DNA from: Marsupella aquatica
Taxonomy: Eukaryota > Plantae > Marchantiophyta
Direction: 5' to 3'
Assembly: GCA_973895155.1 (NCBI GenBank)
Contig: OZ316892.1
Location: 28,048,307-28,112,306, forward strand
Length of the DNA stretch: 64,000 bases
The notes below the pieces were generated by a model. The model saw only the letters and a list, made by a program, of their open reading frames with translations. It had not been told where the DNA came from and did not search any database. A program made the translations under genes and the position numbers. This document shows positions 60,001 to 64,000 of the stretch, piece by piece (within the stretch, counting starts at the first letter, position 1; every line of letters begins with the position of its first letter).

Positions 60001-63000
60001 TCGTTGTTGTTGGTAATTTCACGTGATAAGGTATGTTATATGAAACAGACGAGGAGAAGAGATCTGCCATTCCTGTCCTACTCCATTTGGCTACTTTTTC
60101 CACGAGGGATTTTCGCGTGGGACACAAATTATTTCTATAGTAGTTTTCACGCCCCAAGGACTGTAGTTTAATGTTTCGTCATAGAATTAACTTTGCTTCA
60201 TATCATGGCTTCTGAAAACAGTGTCTCAATTGTGTCAGGGGGCTGAGGGGGCACAGCAGGTATCTGCTGGATCTGGTCAGATTCGAGAACATATGCACCA
60301 ACAGCAACCCCAGCAGGCCCAGCTTGCTTTGAACCAATTTCAACAGCAGCAACAAGCCGTGGAAGAAAGGCACATCACTACAGGAGCTTCATTAAACTTC
60401 GGTGGTAGTAGAGGACCCCAATTAGCTCCAAGTGTGACAGCACAGGTGACTAAAAGTCTTTCGGGACCTCTTGTTTCTCGTGATCTATCAGTGTGTGGAT
60501 GCACCTTCCATTAGGTGCACTTAAACGTACAACGTGCTCAGGTGTGGATGAGTTGATTGTGTGTCTCTTCTACCGCTCAACCTTGAATTTTCGTATGTGT
60601 ACAGTCTGCCCAGACTTCTCAAAGCAGCTCCTATCAATCTTCAAGCAATGGGCAACTTGCAACCGGCTCTTCCAACATTGTTAATATGTTGAGGCAACCC
60701 CGAAGTGGATTGACCAGTATGTGTCTACCCTCTTAAGTGCATTCTAAAGTTCGGGGTCTACAGGAGTCTCACTGATGAAAGGAAGGGAAACCTGGTAGTG
60801 GTAGGAAATCTTACCAAGTGAAAGTTGTAGTGAAAATGACCGGCGTAGTGATGTCTCATCAAGTAATAATGGGCACCTGGAAGGCATGTCATGTTGATGG
60901 CAATGAGGTATGCCAAAGATAGGAATTATGAGTACGTGCCTTTGAAATGCGTGCACCGCGATTGTCATTGTATTTTGCTTTCCTGGATCAGTGGTTTTAG
61001 TTGATTTAGTCCCTCAATTGAAAATTACATGCTATATTGTTCTTGTCATTAGAGTTGAAATTTGTCACTTTTTATGCAATTGCAATGCGTTTTCTGATGC
61101 TGCTCATTGGGCTGATATTATTGAGGTGCACTGCGACAACCTTCACTAGCTGCTGCGTTTGGACATGCCATCAACATAGAAACACTTGTTGCTGCTGCTG
61201 AGAGAAAAGATATTCAGCATGAGGTAAGCAAAGATGTCGTCAAGCAGTGTCATCGTTCCTGTTTGTGAAGCAATTTGGTGGCCAGCCAACAGCTCATCAA
61301 CTTACACAATTTCTCGTGCCTCTTGCCCAGCTTGTTCTGCTTCATCATAATGCCATATCATATTTCACCTTGTTGCAGGCACCAAGTCCGGAAGTCCAAG
61401 ACAAGGTGGCTTTCGTCATCAACAATATTTCCGTTGCGAACCTTGAACCGAAAGCAAAGGAGTTTTCAGATGCTGTGAAGGAGCAATACTATCCTTGGTT
61501 TGCCCAGTACATGGTGATGAAGAGGTAATGTTTTAATGGTGTGCTCAGGAGTGTCATCACGGCATGTATGTCCATCATGAGGAACAGATAGAAATCTATC
61601 CGGATCACGCATTTCAGTAGGGACATTTCTCGTAGATGTTTGTAGGTAATATTAGTAGGAAAGTTTTCCTCACTGTCCTGTGATTCATCTATCCTCACTG
61701 AAACTTCTCTGTGATCCTCATGCAGGGCTAGCATTGAGCCTAACTTTCATGACACTTATTTGAAGTTCCTTGATAAGATAAACTCAAAGCTCTTGCATAA
61801 AGAGGTGGTAAAGGCCACGTACGAGAATTGCAAGGTATCGCTGTAACAGCTCTCTTTCACAATTGATTGGAGCATCAAAATTAGATTCTGTGTACAACTT
61901 CGCTGGATCTACTAGCTCAATAGTGGTTACTTGGTCTGCTCACACCAAACAGATAGCTGGCCGGCCTTAGTCAGATTTCTATCATTTCCTCTGTGATAGG
62001 GACTGTGACCAGCGAGTGTTGCGCAACTTCTCTGTGTTGTTCCATCCAGTGTTATGCTGTTGTGTGTCTGATGGCGAGCTTACCATATGTCTTGTTGGAT
62101 CTGCTCCAATACGAGTTAAGATACTAAGTGATGCGGTCGTTTCGTGTTCGCAGGTTCTTTTGAGATCCGAACTCATAAAGTCAAGTTCTGAAGAGCGTTC
62201 ACTCCTGAAGAATTTGGGTAGTTGGTTGGGGAAGCTCACAATAGGCAGGAATCAAGCATTAAGGGCAAAAGAAATCGATCCAAAGTCCTTAATTATAGAG
62301 GTTCGTATTGTATCTTATTGTTTACCATATTGTGGTTCTTTCATTGGGTTGGTTCAGGCATGAAAAGTAATGCATTAAACTCAAATCATATACTAAACTG
62401 AGATTGTGGCATGTGCAGGCATATGAAAAAGGTCTGATGATTGCTGTGATACCTTTTACCTCGAAGGTGCGTGCTATTCAGATCATCATTTCGTAGTTTT
62501 CTATTCTTGATGTTTTGTGGAGGTTTGTTGCTTGCTTGGAGACGCTGTAATCCATCTTACACCGAGTTTTTAAAAATTCTCGCTCTGCAGATTCTGGAGC
62601 CATGCCAGTCAAGCCTGGCATATCAGCCACCCAACCCATGGACAATGGGAATTCTGGGTCTGCTTTCAGAAATTTATAGTCTTCCCAACCTGAAAATGAA
62701 CTTGAAGTTTGACATTGAGGTAAATTGACTTTGGTGATTTTACTCGGCTGTGTGAACCAAACTCCGATATGATTGTTGGATTCGTTTGGCAATATCGTAT
62801 TTCAAATCGCTGTTGTAGCTGTTCGGGTGGTTCGGCAGGTTGTGTGGGGGTGGGAGGTGAGGTCATCTCCACCAGTGGCACGGTCTAATCGCTCGCAACT
62901 GGTATTTGCCGGGATTCGGTACAACGATCTATTGTAGCTGTAGGGGGACACAGATTTCCTGATGCACAAAGTTTTGGAGGTTGGATCCAGATGCAAATGT

Positions 63001-63937
63001 GTACGCTAATAATGTCCACGCTTTCCTTTCACAGGTCTTGTATAAGAATCTGGGCGTTGACATGAAGGATGTGAAACCAACCCAGCTCTTGAAAGGCAGG
63101 GTGCGTGATGTTGAGTCCAATCCAGACTTTTCTAACAAGGACTACGCTATCCAGCACCAACCTCAACCAGTTACTGTGTCTGAACCACAGAGTACTCTTT
63201 CAGCTGCTGCAGCTCCGGTGCCGCAGGTAACTCATAAGTTATATTTCCATCTGCTTTCCCTTGTTTCATCAAAAACTTTTTATGTTTCCTGCAAGTCATG
63301 GCAGGAGATCTGTAAATGCATTGTAAGAAGATCAGACTTGTTTCTGATGAGAAACAGAAGAACATTATTGGTTGCCGAGCTTGTGATTTTTAGAGCAATG
63401 TCACGTGTTTCTAATGTCGTTTTAGCTCACATAACCCATCGGGCGTGCAGCCGGCACCCTCTGGACATCTTTCGGGAACTTCTGTTCAACAAGACGAGGA
63501 CAGAGGAAGCTTGGCTTTATCTGGACGGCAAGGACTGTCTCCTACGACACCTTCACCATCTCCTTACTCTGTTGGCCAGGTATTAACTAGTGTAATTGAG
63601 TCATGTTGCGAGCTTAGTAATGAGGTCATTATATAGCTCCACCGTCATTTCAAGAGCTTGAGGAAACAGGGATGGTTTGAAAGTCTACTCTCCAGACCTG
63701 GATTTTGTTTTTGCAACTCTTTAATCATGAGGTGAGGGGATGGAAGAAGCGTATAGGAGATCGATCAGCAGTCTTGTGCTTTGGATAAGGCGCTTGGTGT
63801 CTGCATAAGTTTCAGACTGCATTCTAAACGACCTGTCATTGTTCTGTGCAGGTGTCAATGTCTATTCCAAACCTTGCAGACTATGTGGTCGTAAATCCCA
63901 AGTTGGCAGGATTGAGTCTGCAGGTTCAGCTTCAAAG
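54066..63937 (+). CDS. NOT1: CCR4-NOT transcription complex subunit 1 (NOT1), 5' part; about 25 exons here, gene continues beyond the window
   Basis: Starts [21 protein letters not shown] (54066-54164); later exons encode [175 protein letters not shown], all NOT1 hallmarks, with GT-AG junctions. Confidence 0.97.
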
Positions 63938-64000
63938 GTATGCTGTGCCCGTTGTAAGGAGTGAAAGAAAATTTCATTGATCAGAGCGGGAGGAAAATGA

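Overview
Eukaryotic nuclear DNA from a land plant; gene and intron style suggest a bryophyte, probably a liverwort (inference). Four conserved spliced host genes can be assembled exon by exon: sulfite oxidase (+, 12 exons, GC-AG first intron, C-terminus -STM), Snapin/BLOC-1 subunit 7 (-), a PTF2/BRF2-type TFIIB-related factor (+) and the 5' part of NOT1 of the CCR4-NOT complex (+, runs off the window end). Between them are TE-rich stretches: a decayed Copia element, a probable solo LTR, hAT-type MITEs with 8-bp TSDs, non-autonomous Helitrons and several tandem repeats. Two accessory loci stand out. (1) At 16.9-22.5 kb an intact intronless Myb/SANT-like + coiled-coil + SHOCT ORF lies between two decayed CACTA/Plavaka-like transposase fragments. 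(2) At 30.9-36.8 kb a 1.55-kb segment is duplicated and each copy keeps a 136-aa ORF resembling a stand-alone MLKL/MCAfunc-type four-helix bundle; the pair is bracketed by two oppositely oriented Helitrons. No rRNA, tRNA or CRISPR array was recognised. All family assignments come from motif recall by eye, not from database searches.
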